Of a stretch of DNA of 64,000 bases, positions 11,251 through 23,229 are shown one piece after another. This DNA comes from Dicyema japonicum (lineage: Eukaryota > Animalia > Dicyemida), in the NCBI GenBank assembly GCA_011109175.1, contig RDEW01000044.1, positions 367,667 through 431,666 on the forward strand, given 5' to 3'. Position 1 is the stretch's first letter. Every line of letters begins with the position of its first letter. The translations under genes were made by a program, and so were the position numbers. Below the pieces are notes generated by a model, which worked only from the letters and a program-made list of their open reading frames with translations, ran no database searches and was not told where the DNA came from.

Positions 11251-14199
11251 CACAGACATACTCCACTTGAGAGCAGATTGTGTAAGATGTAAATTGAACA
11301 AAAGTTTCTTAAAGAAAATATTACACTTTTTTATAGTCAACCTCCTTGTTTTCTTAGTAGCAAACAATTCCATCCTAATAAAATAAGATTAGACAATTTT
11401 TATTTGGTTAAAAATTATTTTAATTATCAAAACATTTCATAATAATTAGATAATCAAAATTTCATAAATAATAGATAATTATTAATATATAAGAAATGCA
11501 AACTAAAATCGAAAAAATATTGACAAACATTTTTCTTTTAAACATTATTTATTTCAATTCTGATTCTCACAAAAAATACTTCATTCAATTATTACATTTC
11601 TTCTAAAACAGTACATTTTAAAAAATCTGAGAAAGTTAAAATCTCAAGCATTAGCAGGATTCTGAATTAAAACAACAAAATCATTTTGATAAACTCTAAA
11701 TTCAATGTAAAGCATAAACTAATTTGTCATTTATATTGTCGATTCTCTTATTTACGTGTTTGACTAATGTGATTTCTACAAATCCTCAAATGAGGTATGA
11801 TTTGTATTCTATTTAACTGTTCACAATTATTCAATATAACGCAAAACTTTGAACAGAAATCACTTAACATTTAGAGGTCTATCAGTTTCTTTTAATATAT
11901 AGAAATCAAAATAAAATCTAAAAAAATATATACGAAACACTTTAATTCTAAAGCACCTCTTAATAATTACATTACTCCTAAAACATTATTTACAAAAATT
12001 ACAGTTTTGATCTAAAATAACATTCGTCGCACCCACCTAGATGACGGTACTGTCCTTACCGGTATCTCCATCGAACGTAGACTGAAGAATTTCTCACAAG
12101 ACATTTCTCTTCGAAATATAGCTACAGTCTCCAATTTAAATAAAAAGAGGACAACATCCTCATGAGCGTTGGTTGTAGAGAACCTTATACCAACAAAGTC
12201 TATAAAAGCTATTCAATCAGAGATCTTAAAGATTGGAATACACAAAATATTAAAAAGAAAAATCATTAAAATCACTAATTAGCATATCCAATTTAAGGAT
12301 ACCCAAACTATTCTTCGAATTTTCGTTTTTGATAGCGAATTGACGGCTAATTACATCAACTTTTACTTTGAACTCACTCAGTCTGTATTCATGCACCATG
12401 GCAATTTCTCTATTTTTACTGGCAATGAGCCATGAAACGGAATCTTTATTCGGCAACATCACAACCTTAATTCTAAAATCTTCAGTGATTTTTCGAGGAA
12501 TCAGTATTATATCCCAAAATTTCTGAACTGAATGTTTCATTATACATAGTCGATCATTTTTGGGAGATAGCACTCTATCAAATAGTACACAGTTTCATCA
12601 TTAAAATAAGAATCTAAATTACAGAGGAGAAAACAACATTCCATTGTGATCAAATGACTTATTCTCTTGCAATCCATTTTATAGTGATATCAACTATTTT
12701 ATGTAATTTTTCCCGCTTTGTGTACGAGTTCCTGTATTTCCGGTAGACATAAAATCAATATTTGTTATTATGTGAATAGATTTACACTAAGATTTCTTTA
12801 ATTTATTAACCCATCGAGAAGAAAGTTAGTAAATTAAGTTCCTATGATCGCAGAAGGGGAGTACTCTCAAACCATACAAATGCCTCCGTAATTAACAGAA
12901 AGAAGAGGAAATATCAAGCCCTTGAAGCTGTGAGAACATCTACTTTTGGGTAACACTCTAGTAGAACTTGGAAAAAGAGGAACAAAAGAAAGAGAAATCT
13001 TCAATCAAGAGACCACGTGGCACCACGTGAAATATCGTGTCTCTTAAAATTGTATTAAGAATATTATGGTGATATCACAAACGTATGTAGACGAGTATTA
13101 ATCTGAGGGTTTTTGGGAGATTGTTTTAATGCAGGATCTAAAGACGTTAGTACTTTGTTATCCAGACTCAACGACACAGGAGGAAGCGAAAAATTGGCCT
13201 AGTTAGTTGAGATAGAGCTCCGAGTCTGCATGATCAGACCTCCTTTGTTCAGAATCTGGTTTCGGATGTCCTCTGATTTCGTCTATTTCCATGCAATAAC
13301 TGAATCCTGCAAGGCTACTGGAGACGATTTGAGTGCGTTCTTGCTTATAGCATTAATCTTGTGAGTGCTTCCTTGAAATCTCAATCGACGCATAGCTGCG
13401 AATAGTCTAAATTCATGTAACACATCATTGGTCTGATTAACTCTCCCATACATGCCGTGCACTGTCTCTAAGGGTTTCCAAGGTTGTGAATCCAATATGA
13501 GTACGCAGATGGGATTTAAACATGATTGGCCATCCAAAGATTCATTAGCTATGTCGTATTTGAAGCTGAAAGAGAGTGTAAAGGGGGTAAAGAATAAATT
13601 TTATTGACATGACGTATGGTGGTCACAAGTTTTCTGAAGAAGAATCCGATTGAGATGGGAATTTTTGGACCAATCGGTTTTCTTTTTCCTTTGAAAAGTT
13701 TAGACAAAGCGGGTTTCCATTTTCCTCATAGACGCGGAGGAATCCGGTTCCACATAAAGGTTGCTTTAGTAAGCTGGGGAGCAATTGATGAAATGTCGGT
13801 GGTCCCAACATACTAATAGTGGTCACATCCATGGCTGAAATAACGGAATTTGGAGATCGATCAACAGAACTGTGGAAGTATTCGCAGCAGTAATAAGTAG
13901 CGTTGTTCAGAGATTAAACAACTAACAGCCGTCTTGATTAAACTAAAATAAGCCGTGAATTAAAAAATTTCTAGAGGAAACATCGAATGCCACTTCTAAA
14001 CGATTGAATACTTATTCTCCGCAAAAGTGGTAAATTGATTGGAAGGTTGTGATGTACCTTTATCCACAAATATGTCTCCTTTTTTCTTTTTCTCATAGTT
14101 ATAGGTTAACAGTTAACATGAGTTTAGGCCAGTGTTATTCGACATCGAAGATATCAGAGAACCCTCTCTCAGTAGTGAATCATAAGAGTTCGAAATAAT

Positions 14200-14580
14200 A
14201 ACACGACCACCAGACTTCTTTGCTGCCATGTCATGTTATAACACTGGTAATTGGTCGAGAGTTTCACTTTTCCTCTGTTCCGTATCTTGGCCATGTGGTC
14301 CACCTATCTCAGGTGACCCCAGCACCAGGAAGATACGAAAAAAAAGTTCATTCGCTTCCTTTACTTCATTGGAAGGGTTCCAAGAAATGTTATGGTTATC
14401 GGGACGAATATCGAAAAAAGGTGAGACGAATGCTTAAAGAAGTCAGGATCACCTGACATTTCTTTTGAAATTGTCGGTGATTTTGGTTTTAAATAAATAA
14501 ATTTTGTAAAATAGTAAGCATTGCCTGTCGGATCTTTCGGAGCGTACGTGCTTGACAGTGCTGTCTTTGTTTCCCACATT
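14200..14580 (-). pseudogene. Possible CMGC/CDK-like kinase C-lobe remnant
   Basis: Frameshifted pieces TYAPK..GNAY, ISKEMSG, LFFRIFLVLGSP and TWP resemble YRAPE, AEM and LFRIF..LGTP..WP. The match is weak. Confidence 0.25.
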
Positions 14581-14865
14581 CAAAGGTACCGGGTAATACC
14601 TGAGAGTGTTTAGGATGTGGGAAAGATTTTTAAAAAAATGACTGCTATCATGAAAATTCTAGATTTTGATCAAATCAGACAGTTACTGGGTGTATTTTAT
14701 GTCTCCTTTCAAAATGTAACAGTTCAAGTAATATAATTTTTATACGTTTTTAATATGGACACTCGGGAAATTTTTAGTTTGAAATTTTGATTTTCAATAA
14801 AATAATTGAAAAAGACTCGTAAAAATAAAATTTATGTTTTTTAATAATGTGTGGCCAATTTCTTC

Positions 14866-16471
14866 TTTTTTAACATATAGATTTTATTATAAAATGAATA
14901 AAAATTAAATTAAGGCATCTGAATGGCCATGCTATTTCCCCTAACAATAGCCAACGAGATACGTTCTCGGAACCAACCAGTCTCTCGCGGATCCTTGGTC
15001 ACAGCTTGAATCATGGAGCCGATCTTACGAACCAACTCATCTGCTTGGGGCCAAGGATTCCTGACGTTTCCACCGCAAATGGAACAAAAAGATACTCCTC
15101 CGAAATTCTCTGGTACTTCCTCCTTTTTCGTTCCTCGGCCAGCTTTGAAGCATGTCCTGGGTCTGAAGCAGAAGCAACCAAATTAGACGGGGAATAAGTA
15201 TCAACACACGTCGCGTCCCAGATCAGGTTTCGTCCGTTGGCGAATGGAAAAGTCGTCATCCCATCAGGGCGTTTTCCATCGTTTCGGAAAAGACCAGCAG
15301 GTTCTAACAGGCAACGGTGTTCAGCAGAGGCAAGGGAATTCTTTAATGTCATGTTAAGACAGGAGTGCATGGGGAAACGACCCGCACTCATCTTGCATGA
15401 CAAGGGATGGTAACCAAAAGGATCGATCCAACGTCCAAAGCGGCATTTTCTTTCGGCACACAATTTAATTCCAAGACGAAGCGAGGTAGCTATTCTCACA
15501 GCCTCATCATCCAACAGGTTTCCAATTTCGGCAGATGGATAAGCGTTCATCCAGGCCCCTGTCGAGTGACAACTGGCTGTTTTGAGGCAGGTAAGCCTTC
15601 TTACATCTTCTGTCTTTTCAAGGGACTCTTTCTTCTTTTCGAAGACACAAAACAAATAGGACTTTTCCTTATCACAATTGACCGGAGCATTCAGGTACAA
15701 ATTCATCTATTAATCCCAGGCTCCCGACGGCGTCAGCGGTATGTTTAGTCCGGAAGTAGAGTGAAGGACCGTATCCACTAAACGCCTTGACGAACCGAAC
15801 GAAGATAAATAGGCGCCCAAAGCAACGTCCGAAGGAAGAGAAAGACCCAAACCACCGCAGGCTACAGGGAGTGAGGCCTGTAACCATCCGAAATCATCAA
15901 AACAAACATTAAGAATGGACCCCATCGTCGACCGGATATCCATATCAATTAACGATAGAAGGTCATTTTCGGCGTAGCATGGGGATCCCCGTAGAATAAA
16001 AAGGAGTTTTGGGAGAAAAAGACAATTCTTAAGCATAAAAAAGGCGACATGACGGTCCAAAAAAGTCATCCTGTCGGCATACTGACGTAAATTTGTCCTC
16101 TTGCCTTTCAATAACTCCCTCACCCGGTTTACCAAAATCCCACACCCAAGGAAGTCGAGAGAATCAAAATGAGTCTCCCTAACCTCTGGGATGATTTCGC
16201 AGAGTTTTCTATGAAAAAGGTAGAATGAATCAGAACTCAAATTCAGATTAATTGCTTCGCACTTTTCATTGTTAAATTCCAGACCGATTTTTTCACACAA
16301 ACTTCTGATCGACGCAACTTTGGAGAGAATATTATCGAGACTTCCACCGAGAATACAATCGTCCAGATACCAGACGTTCAGTGGAGTGCAACGGTCCTGG
16401 GCAATATGGTCGATAGACAAGGAAAATAGAAGAGGACCGAGTGGGTCCCCCTGTTGAACTCCGGATCCAGA
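14866..16471 (-). mobile_element. 5'-truncated CRE-clade non-LTR retrotransposon (RT C-terminal half, CCHC and restriction-like endonuclease)
   Basis: ORF 15710-16507 has GVQQGDPLGPLLF, WYLDD and WLQASLPVACGGLG. ORF 15011-15706 has RPDGMT..P..G..LIWDATCVDT and FAVETSG. The element ends ISLAIVRGNS-stop, 3'UTR, polyA; there are frameshifts. Confidence 0.9.
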
Positions 16472-16564
16472 CTCGTTGGCTATTGTTAGGGGAAATAGCA
16501 TGGCCATTCAGATACCTTAATTTAATTTTTAATCATTTTATAATAAAATCTATATGTTAAAAAA
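16472..16564 (+). mobile_element. About 93-bp CRE 3' stub inverted against the 5' end of the preceding copy
   Basis: Reverse complement of 14866-14958 with 2 mismatches in 87 nt. The shared TSD aatttctt lies at 14857-14864 and 16565-16572. Confidence 0.9.
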
Positions 16565-16744
16565 AATTTCTTTTTTGAACGCATGACGTGAAAAATTGTC
16601 CAATTAGAAAGAAATTTTATTTTCAAATAAAAATTAAATTAAGGTAACTAATTATTAGAAGGGTCTTGTTGTCGTCGTTAATATATACAGTTCTCTCTCC
16701 TATTATCTATTCATGTCTGTTTTTTATAATGTACTACACGAAGA

Positions 16745-16885
16745 CACCTCATGCAAAGGGTGCAGAGTATCCAATTCTCGCTAGTGCGGAATTCGATGTT
16801 CTGTATGTGTTGGTTACTACCACATAGGTTGTTAAAAACTATCCAAGAAAATTGCTCGATCACTTTCCTCGTGGTCGTACCGGTC
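16745..16885 (+). mobile_element. PHD-finger remnant, probably a CRE 5' ORF fragment
   Basis: SCKGCRVSNSR*CGIRCSVCVGYYHIGC*KLSKKIARSLSSW parallels the C4HC3 PHD of ORF 51176-51637. Confidence 0.55.
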
Positions 16886-17049
16886 GTACCGTCTGGAACT
16901 CACTAAAATTGAACCTCATGATCATTTGTTGGCTTAGCAATTCTGCACTATCCTTGTCCTTGATTTTGTCCATCATTTTTGTAAAGGGGGCTCATTATCA
17001 TTTTAGTGTGACCTCCCTTATATTCATATTTCATTTTTTTGCAGCGTAA

Positions 17050-18110
17050 CCTCCAGTAGTCTTCTTTATCCCTTCCTGGCTGCCTTTTTGAATTCAGAAT
17101 TATGTTCTCTTATCTTGTTTATATTCCAACAGACTTTAGCAGTTTTACGATTTTCAGCAATGTTTAAGCTGTTGACAGAAAGTCACTCAGAGCACTTGGC
17201 CGGCGTTTTGTATTTGACATGTTTTATTGTTGCGTTCCTGATAACCAACTACATTTCATTCTACAATTTATCAAGCATCATTCCGTTCAAATCCAGTAAT
17301 CAATATTGTGCTTAACTTCCATTGCGTATGCTGGTGGTATGTTTGAGACATCGAATTTCTATACTCGGGGGTATTCCAAGTGTTACTGAACTTCGTCCTA
17401 ATTTTTGCAACAAAGAGCTTTTCCAACGTTTGGCGCACAAAATATAATCAATTCCATTAGGCGACGACCCAGTCTATAATCGTCGTTTGAGCTGTTTGAA
17501 CCATGTGTTAGTTATCTGAAATCCATTTTCCTGACAGAATTGGATCATTCGATCCCCAGCATCATTTCTTTTCCCCAAACCAAAAATCCCACAATATCTG
17601 TATGTGGCATACACCCAACTTTTGAGTTGAAATCCCTCATTATGTAGATATGTCCATTTTGGGTATTACTTTTAGTGCCTCTTCAAATTCATAATAAAAT
17701 TGGTCAACTTCGTAATCCTTGGCAATAGATGTTGGGGAATACACTTGCATGACCGTAATATTCAATGGTCGTCCACGGACGTACATTAGTATTATCCGAT
17801 CATTAAATATTTTATGACTTTCAATAACAGTGCAATTTTCTTTGAGGCAACGAAAGCCATTCCATTTCTCTTCGCATTAATGTTACCAGAATAATATGAC
17901 GAAATCATCAGAACGAAAAAAAACCACTGCAATATCAAGCCTTCTCATTTCTATTTTTACGACTTCTAGTTTCCTTCGCTTAATAGTCTTACGTTCCATG
18001 TTGAGAAATTGTGAGATTCTGTGTGACGAAGGCTCGAGATTTGATGTTTTGCAGTAACGTTGATTCCAATTAGATCGTAGGAGAGTATGCTCAAAAGATT
18101 TTCTTGGCAT
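17050..18110 (-). mobile_element. RTE-clade LINE, APE endonuclease region, degenerate
   Basis: KLEVVKIEMRRLDI and LNITVMQVYSPT...EVDQFYYE are typical of RTE/BovB-type endonuclease domains; many stops. Confidence 0.7.
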
Positions 18111-18854
18111 TTAAATACAGGGTTGGTTGCCAGGTCTTTCCCCAATGTTAAACGTAATATCTTTTATATTCGTAGATGAAATTATTTTATATTTATTGAT
18201 TGCGGTGTTTATACCTTTTCAAAAGTTGGTACGGTACTTTCTTTGTAGGTTTCGAGAAAATTGGGGGATTACATCAGTGATGAATTAGGAAGTAAACCCA
18301 TTTATAGTATCTATGTAGTACAATATTATCCGTTTATTAGCGTCTTTTCAGCTTCCCGACCTGTTTGAGTAATAGAACACTTCTGTTGGATTTCACCAGA
18401 CTCTTCAGATTTTCTACGGAATTCAACGTAAAAAGTTTACTATTGAAGGCTTTAGTTATTAAAGTTCATCAACTTCGAGGTAGTCTACCAAACCTTTGTT
18501 TGAAAAATTCTAAAACTTCTGACACCCAATCAACCTTGACCTCCTTATTCACCTGGTCGATAATCACTTGGAGACATATGATATTTGTTAGGGTCTCTGG
18601 ATGAGAAATCATATTAGGGAGTCTTGTATCAATTTCTTGTTTTCCAAACAGCCCCTGACCACTCCCCCATATTGATCAATGTTTTGTACATTGAGATCAT
18701 TCGTAGGTCTAAGGTAATGTTCCACTCAGATTATTAGAAAAAAAATATAAACATCCACTAGAAATAAAATTAACATAATTATTATTAATATGGAAAAATT
18801 AATTTAGGATATTTCATGTTGGATTGATTTATTTATTTATTTAAATAAAATACG

Positions 18855-19690
18855 ATCGATTTCAAAAGGCCTTCGAATCTGACTCATGGAAAATCTTAAC
18901 CCGGAAATTGTTTGCCCTCCCTGTCAACTCCAATATATAACTTTGGCTTGCTAACTTCATCAATAGAAGAAGGCCCGGGTATACATGGACAAAATCAGTT
19001 TCAAGATTAGTACCCAATGGACTCCAACAAGGTTCCCTTTTATCAACAGCCTTATTTAACTTATACATGTCCGAGTTACCACAACCCGATATAAAGACGA
19101 GTTATATGCTGATGACCTATAATTCGGATCCTGCAATCAAGATATCCTATAAGTATCAGAATGACTACTACAATACCTCAACAAGATTAAAATATGGCTA
19201 ATTTATAACCAGCTTGATATATCTACTTGAAATCTTTTTCGTGCTTATTTACATCAGACAAACGACTTGAACAAATGACAGTGGATATATTTATCAACCA
19301 GAAAAAAATACCTTTCACGAAGAAACTGAAAATCAAGGGGATCACTTCCACACACATGTGTTTTTCATCTCACGTCGACGCTGTTTCTGGAAGCTGCTTA
19401 AGAAAGCTAGGGATAATCAAAACTATTTTCGGTGCATTAAAACCCCTTTCCCAGCTTTGAAATTGTTGTACAAACAATTCAATTTTCTGTCAGCTATGCC
19501 TGTACGTCATAGGGGAATCAATCTGTCCTGAACGAACAAACAGGCTTAACAGCCATTACTATTAGTAATCTCGGGAAACTAGAAAAACTAATGCCCTCAT
19601 CACTTGAAGACCTTATCCGACAAAATGAAAAAAGATTTGCTACCCTGTGCAGGCTGTGTAACTCTCAACAATACACAGCCACGACGTTTC
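18855..19690 (+). mobile_element. LINE RT fragment (Jockey/CR1-like), degenerate
   Basis: KAF, NGLQQGSLLSTALFNLYMSELP, YADDL and KLGIIK motifs in shifting frames. Confidence 0.7.
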
Positions 19691-19779
19691 TCATGAGAAG
19701 TATACATCACCCCTCTCCTATTCCCGAAACCACCCCGCCCACAGAGAAGTTGTGTTGAATCCCAGAAGGCGCACGAGAA

Positions 19780-19990
19780 GAAAATGAGAAATTTGATTGA
19801 GGCTTGTTCCGATCATCGTTTAAATGCATTGAAAATAATTTCGATTTTCCCATAAATAAGTTATTTTTTAAATATCGTTTTGTAGACAAAAATAAATACT
19901 TGCAATCAGAAAATGGCACGGAGTTCAAGAATTACCATATCAAAAAACTCTATATTTGTATTATATCATGGAATATAAAGGAGGCGCAAA
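19780..19990 (+). mobile_element. Retroviral-type (Gypsy/Ginger-like) integrase core remnant
   Basis: YLQSENGTEFKN matches the LQSDNG.EF integrase motif. Confidence 0.45.
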
Positions 19991-20139
19991 TTTGTATATT
20001 AAGGCGATGGTGAACAAGGTTTTGAATTTAATTTTTTTAGTTGAGGTGGTGACGTCCCTCTTGAAAAGTATGTCTGAAAAACACGAAAATTGCAACCTAA
20101 ATGACTTATCTCTTTTAACGTTAAAGATCAAAAGACTCT

Positions 20140-20556
20140 AGTGCATGGAAAAGAAAAGAACTTTGTGAAGACCTTTCAAATCAAGATATCAATCGGATGT
20201 TTCCAAGAGACAAAAATATCGAAGGAGTTTGAAATCTTATACAAGAGAACAGGAACTGAGCCAATATCATGTGAGATTATGATTCAAGATGGAGGCTCTT
20301 TGGACACATACTCCGCCACGATATGGGGAACCCTGCCAACATAACAATGGAGGAGTATTTTGTCTTAGAAGCTTCTCGTTTCCGCGGCCGGTCGAGAACA
20401 ACACTGCCGGTTATTCAAGATGAAGATCTCAGGATACGCTACGGAACATGGCAACGGATCGAAAAAGATGGGGGACGTTAATTAGATTGTTAACTTTTCG
20501 TGTTGCACATGCTTTGTCATCATCTTGGCATCGCGTACGTGCCTATAATAATAATA
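20140..20556 (+). mobile_element. RTE-clade LINE 3' end with (TAA)n tail
   Basis: FGHILRHD...PAN...FRGRSRTTLP..., A.DRKRW, then tataataataataa. Confidence 0.75.
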
Positions 20557-20949
20557 AAGCCTTTTACAGAGAAAATCAAAATCATGTCACCAATTAACCA
20601 AAAATTTATTATTATTGGAAATTTATAACCAATCAATATCTGGATTATGCAAATCCTATCATTGATTTTCTAATACTTTTTAATATTAATGCTTTGATAT
20701 ACTGCATGCTTATTCCATAGTTATACTTTAGTTACCTGAAGGCATGCAACATTCATTCCGTATTGCTGTATATCTTGGCAAAGCTGAATTTTCGTATTTC
20801 AGAACCTATTTTTTCACATTAAAAGTAAGAACAATTTTTTCTTTCTCAGAGTTTTCGAGAGATAGAGGCACTAAGTGCTAGAGATTGACGTCACCACCTC
20901 ACCCAAAACTTGTGAGATAATGACAAAATTACGTTTATTTATCCAGAGC

Positions 20950-21080
20950 CATCGGACATTCATTCCATGGTTAGATCCGGTGAATTCCGAGAACACCAGT
21001 GACTGTTTGAGCGTATCTTCCTGGCAGTCCTTAGGGGAAATAGTCATGCCAGTCAGGGCCGCAGCAATATGATTCTCCCG
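20950..21080 (+). mobile_element. CRE 3' stub
   Basis: RE..LFERIFLAVLRGNSHA; similar to the ends at 23470-23520 and 32630-32680. Confidence 0.65.
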
Positions 21081-21374
21081 AATTTGTCAGAGATAAAATA
21101 CGTATTGTTTTGACAGTTTATTGGGCAGAAAATAAGCACTTTCTGAAGGCCTTAAAATTTAGGAATTTATGCAGGTTTTACAATGCTTGCTAATCTTTTT
21201 GGGATTTGGGGAACATATGATATCTTTTTATGACTGGCATACTTGCAGGATCACATGCCTTCTAGAAGACAACATAAGACTTTGTGTAAAAAATTCTGTC
21301 ATGAGTATTACGACCTAAATATATGCATTTCAATGCTAATATCAAACACTTGCGACTTTGATATTTCCTACTTT

Positions 21375-21545
21375 TAATACAAGTTCTCCGAAAGTGATCC
21401 TCCGAATTGTTTCGGTACTTCCTTCTCTTCTTGATCTTTGGCTTGCTTAAAAGCATGGCCTGGGTCTGAAGCAGAGATTGAAGCGGTCAAATTTTTCTGA
21501 GAGATGTATCAACTCAGTCTCTGAGCGCCTTTTCTTTAAGGCTTG
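21375..21545 (-). mobile_element. CRE endonuclease fragment
   Basis: SASDPGHAFK...KRRKY matches SASDPGHASKLAEERKRRKY at 15.1 kb. Confidence 0.7.
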
Positions 21546-22261
21546 AGCCATCATAGTCTTGTGGGAAAACGCATTAAAATTGAATAAGGAAATACTTTAT
21601 TTTATGGTTCTAAATGAGGTCGCAGTTATTTATATAGTATCATCATCCTCAAAAAGGTTTTTCACTTCCAAGGAGCTGTCCAAGCATTTAAAGTCCTCCC
21701 AACAAATAGTTGTGAGACCACCTGACCGTTTTCTTCGCTCAGTTGCAATGATGAAAGCCAACGCTGCATCAATTATAGTGGGATTTAATAATTAACGTCT
21801 AATTTTGACTTATGAGATTAATTTAATATTTATTTATTTTTAAAATTGTTTTACAATATGGAGAACCTATTTTATCATTAATGCATTATTTCACGTATTT
21901 GTGCCACGTTGCTGTGGTCGTTGGTTTCTTTTTTTGTTGTATCATGTTTCTTGCAGTATTGTATTCTCTCTAATATTTTATGAATATATTATTGGATTCA
22001 TCATATAGTGTTGAAGTCTATTATCAAAATGTCTAATGTCTACATATTTTGGTAACCTATAAATATTGATCGTTCTTCACTATTTGATTTGTCTTATTGC
22101 TTACAGTCTAATAACAATACTCTTGAATATTTCTATCGACTAAACGTGGATCAACATCAAACGTGTACGAATTAAATTCAATCAATATTGCCCAATTCTG
22201 GAAAGTATTAATTTACTTCTTTTTGAAGATATGTTGAATGTGGATAAATAAGGTCGATTAT

Positions 22262-22615
22262 TTTTAGTGGTCGATTCAAGCGAATAGGCAAAAAAAATTT
22301 TCTTTAAATCTCCAGCATACACATAACGAGAAATTATTATTAATTGAACACGTTCGCCACATCGGTGGATTCATTAACTTGTATCGCGAAATTTTCATGG
22401 CATTAACTTTTTATTTGTTCTACCACCGTTAAAATAAATAACATAATATCAATGACCTGCTGTTAATATTTTTTGACATTTAAAAAAATCGTCGATGAAC
22501 AGTATCATAGTGGTATATCCGAAATCATATTTTCAGCTGAGTGTCAATAAGAGTACGCACTATGTCTTTACAACAAGGAAGAATCAGTTTTTTGGCAATA
22601 TTGTGAGGTTTCTTT
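22262..22615 (-). mobile_element. hAT (Buster/Charlie-type) transposase remnant
   Basis: PHNIAKKLILPCCKDIV...TVHRR...FAIQVNESTDV...SLESTT. Confidence 0.7.
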
Positions 22616-22879
22616 TTTTTCGTTATACGTAATGAAATCATGTAAGATGAAGAGGACTTGAAGATTTTATTATTCCCATATTTAAGGGTTGAATTAAAGC
22701 GGTCGTATTTTTTGGAAGAAAATGTAAATGAACATTGGAATATTGTGGATTTCTGTGACAGCTCGCATTATCAAGTATTCAAGGTTTCAGTGTTTCTGCA
22801 AAATCAATATGTATAAATTTAAGTCTATGACATTTTTCAAAAGATCTATCAATTTAAAATATATAAAACAATGTGTAAT

Positions 22880-23222
22880 CACCCACAATATGGCAGAAGA
22901 GACTATCTCTTCTTATGTCAAAGTCACGGTTATTCAAGGCCGCTATTAACGAAATGTGAAGGAAATTCAGCTGAGAATTACACCAAACGCAAATCGAAAA
23001 TCCATATTTTCATATAATATTTGGTCATCATTTCTATAATCACGGGAAGGAGAGACCCTGTAAATGTGGATTCTGCCATAATTATTGATTTACCTAATTT
23101 TCTAATAAAAAGCTATCTCGAATTATTATTTCATTGAATAAAATTTATAGTTTATTAGTTCAAAGATTGACACGGGGAATTCTGTGGGAAATCTCAGTGA
23201 AATGTTAAAAAGTGGGTCCCCT
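22880..23222 (+). repeat. Duplicate of the homeobox 3' end and downstream region (6505-7085) without the CRE stub
   Basis: Colinear identity from atcacccac to gtgggtcccc; empty insertion site at 23116-23131. Confidence 0.9.
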
Positions 23223-23229
23223 ATTTTTA

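Larger units (their letters stand above)
9860..12950. repeat. Segmental duplication: 9860-10085 and 11420-12950 match 50877-51100 and 51715-53270
   Basis: Long colinear identity. It contains an unidentified, apparently degenerate minus-strand gene (ORF 12250-12573; paralog ORF 52338-52571). Confidence 0.85.

Noticed and set aside
15407-15887. ORF-track entries overlapping TEs (for example 15407-15748, 23479-24029, 32819-33246, 33637-33981, 58432-58857)
   Set aside because: They are antisense or off-frame shadows of CRE coding sequence.
14866-16564. DNA transposon with about 90-bp TIRs carrying an RT
   Set aside because: The arms are the retrotransposon's own C-terminal codons, 3'UTR and polyA, not transposase-type TIRs.
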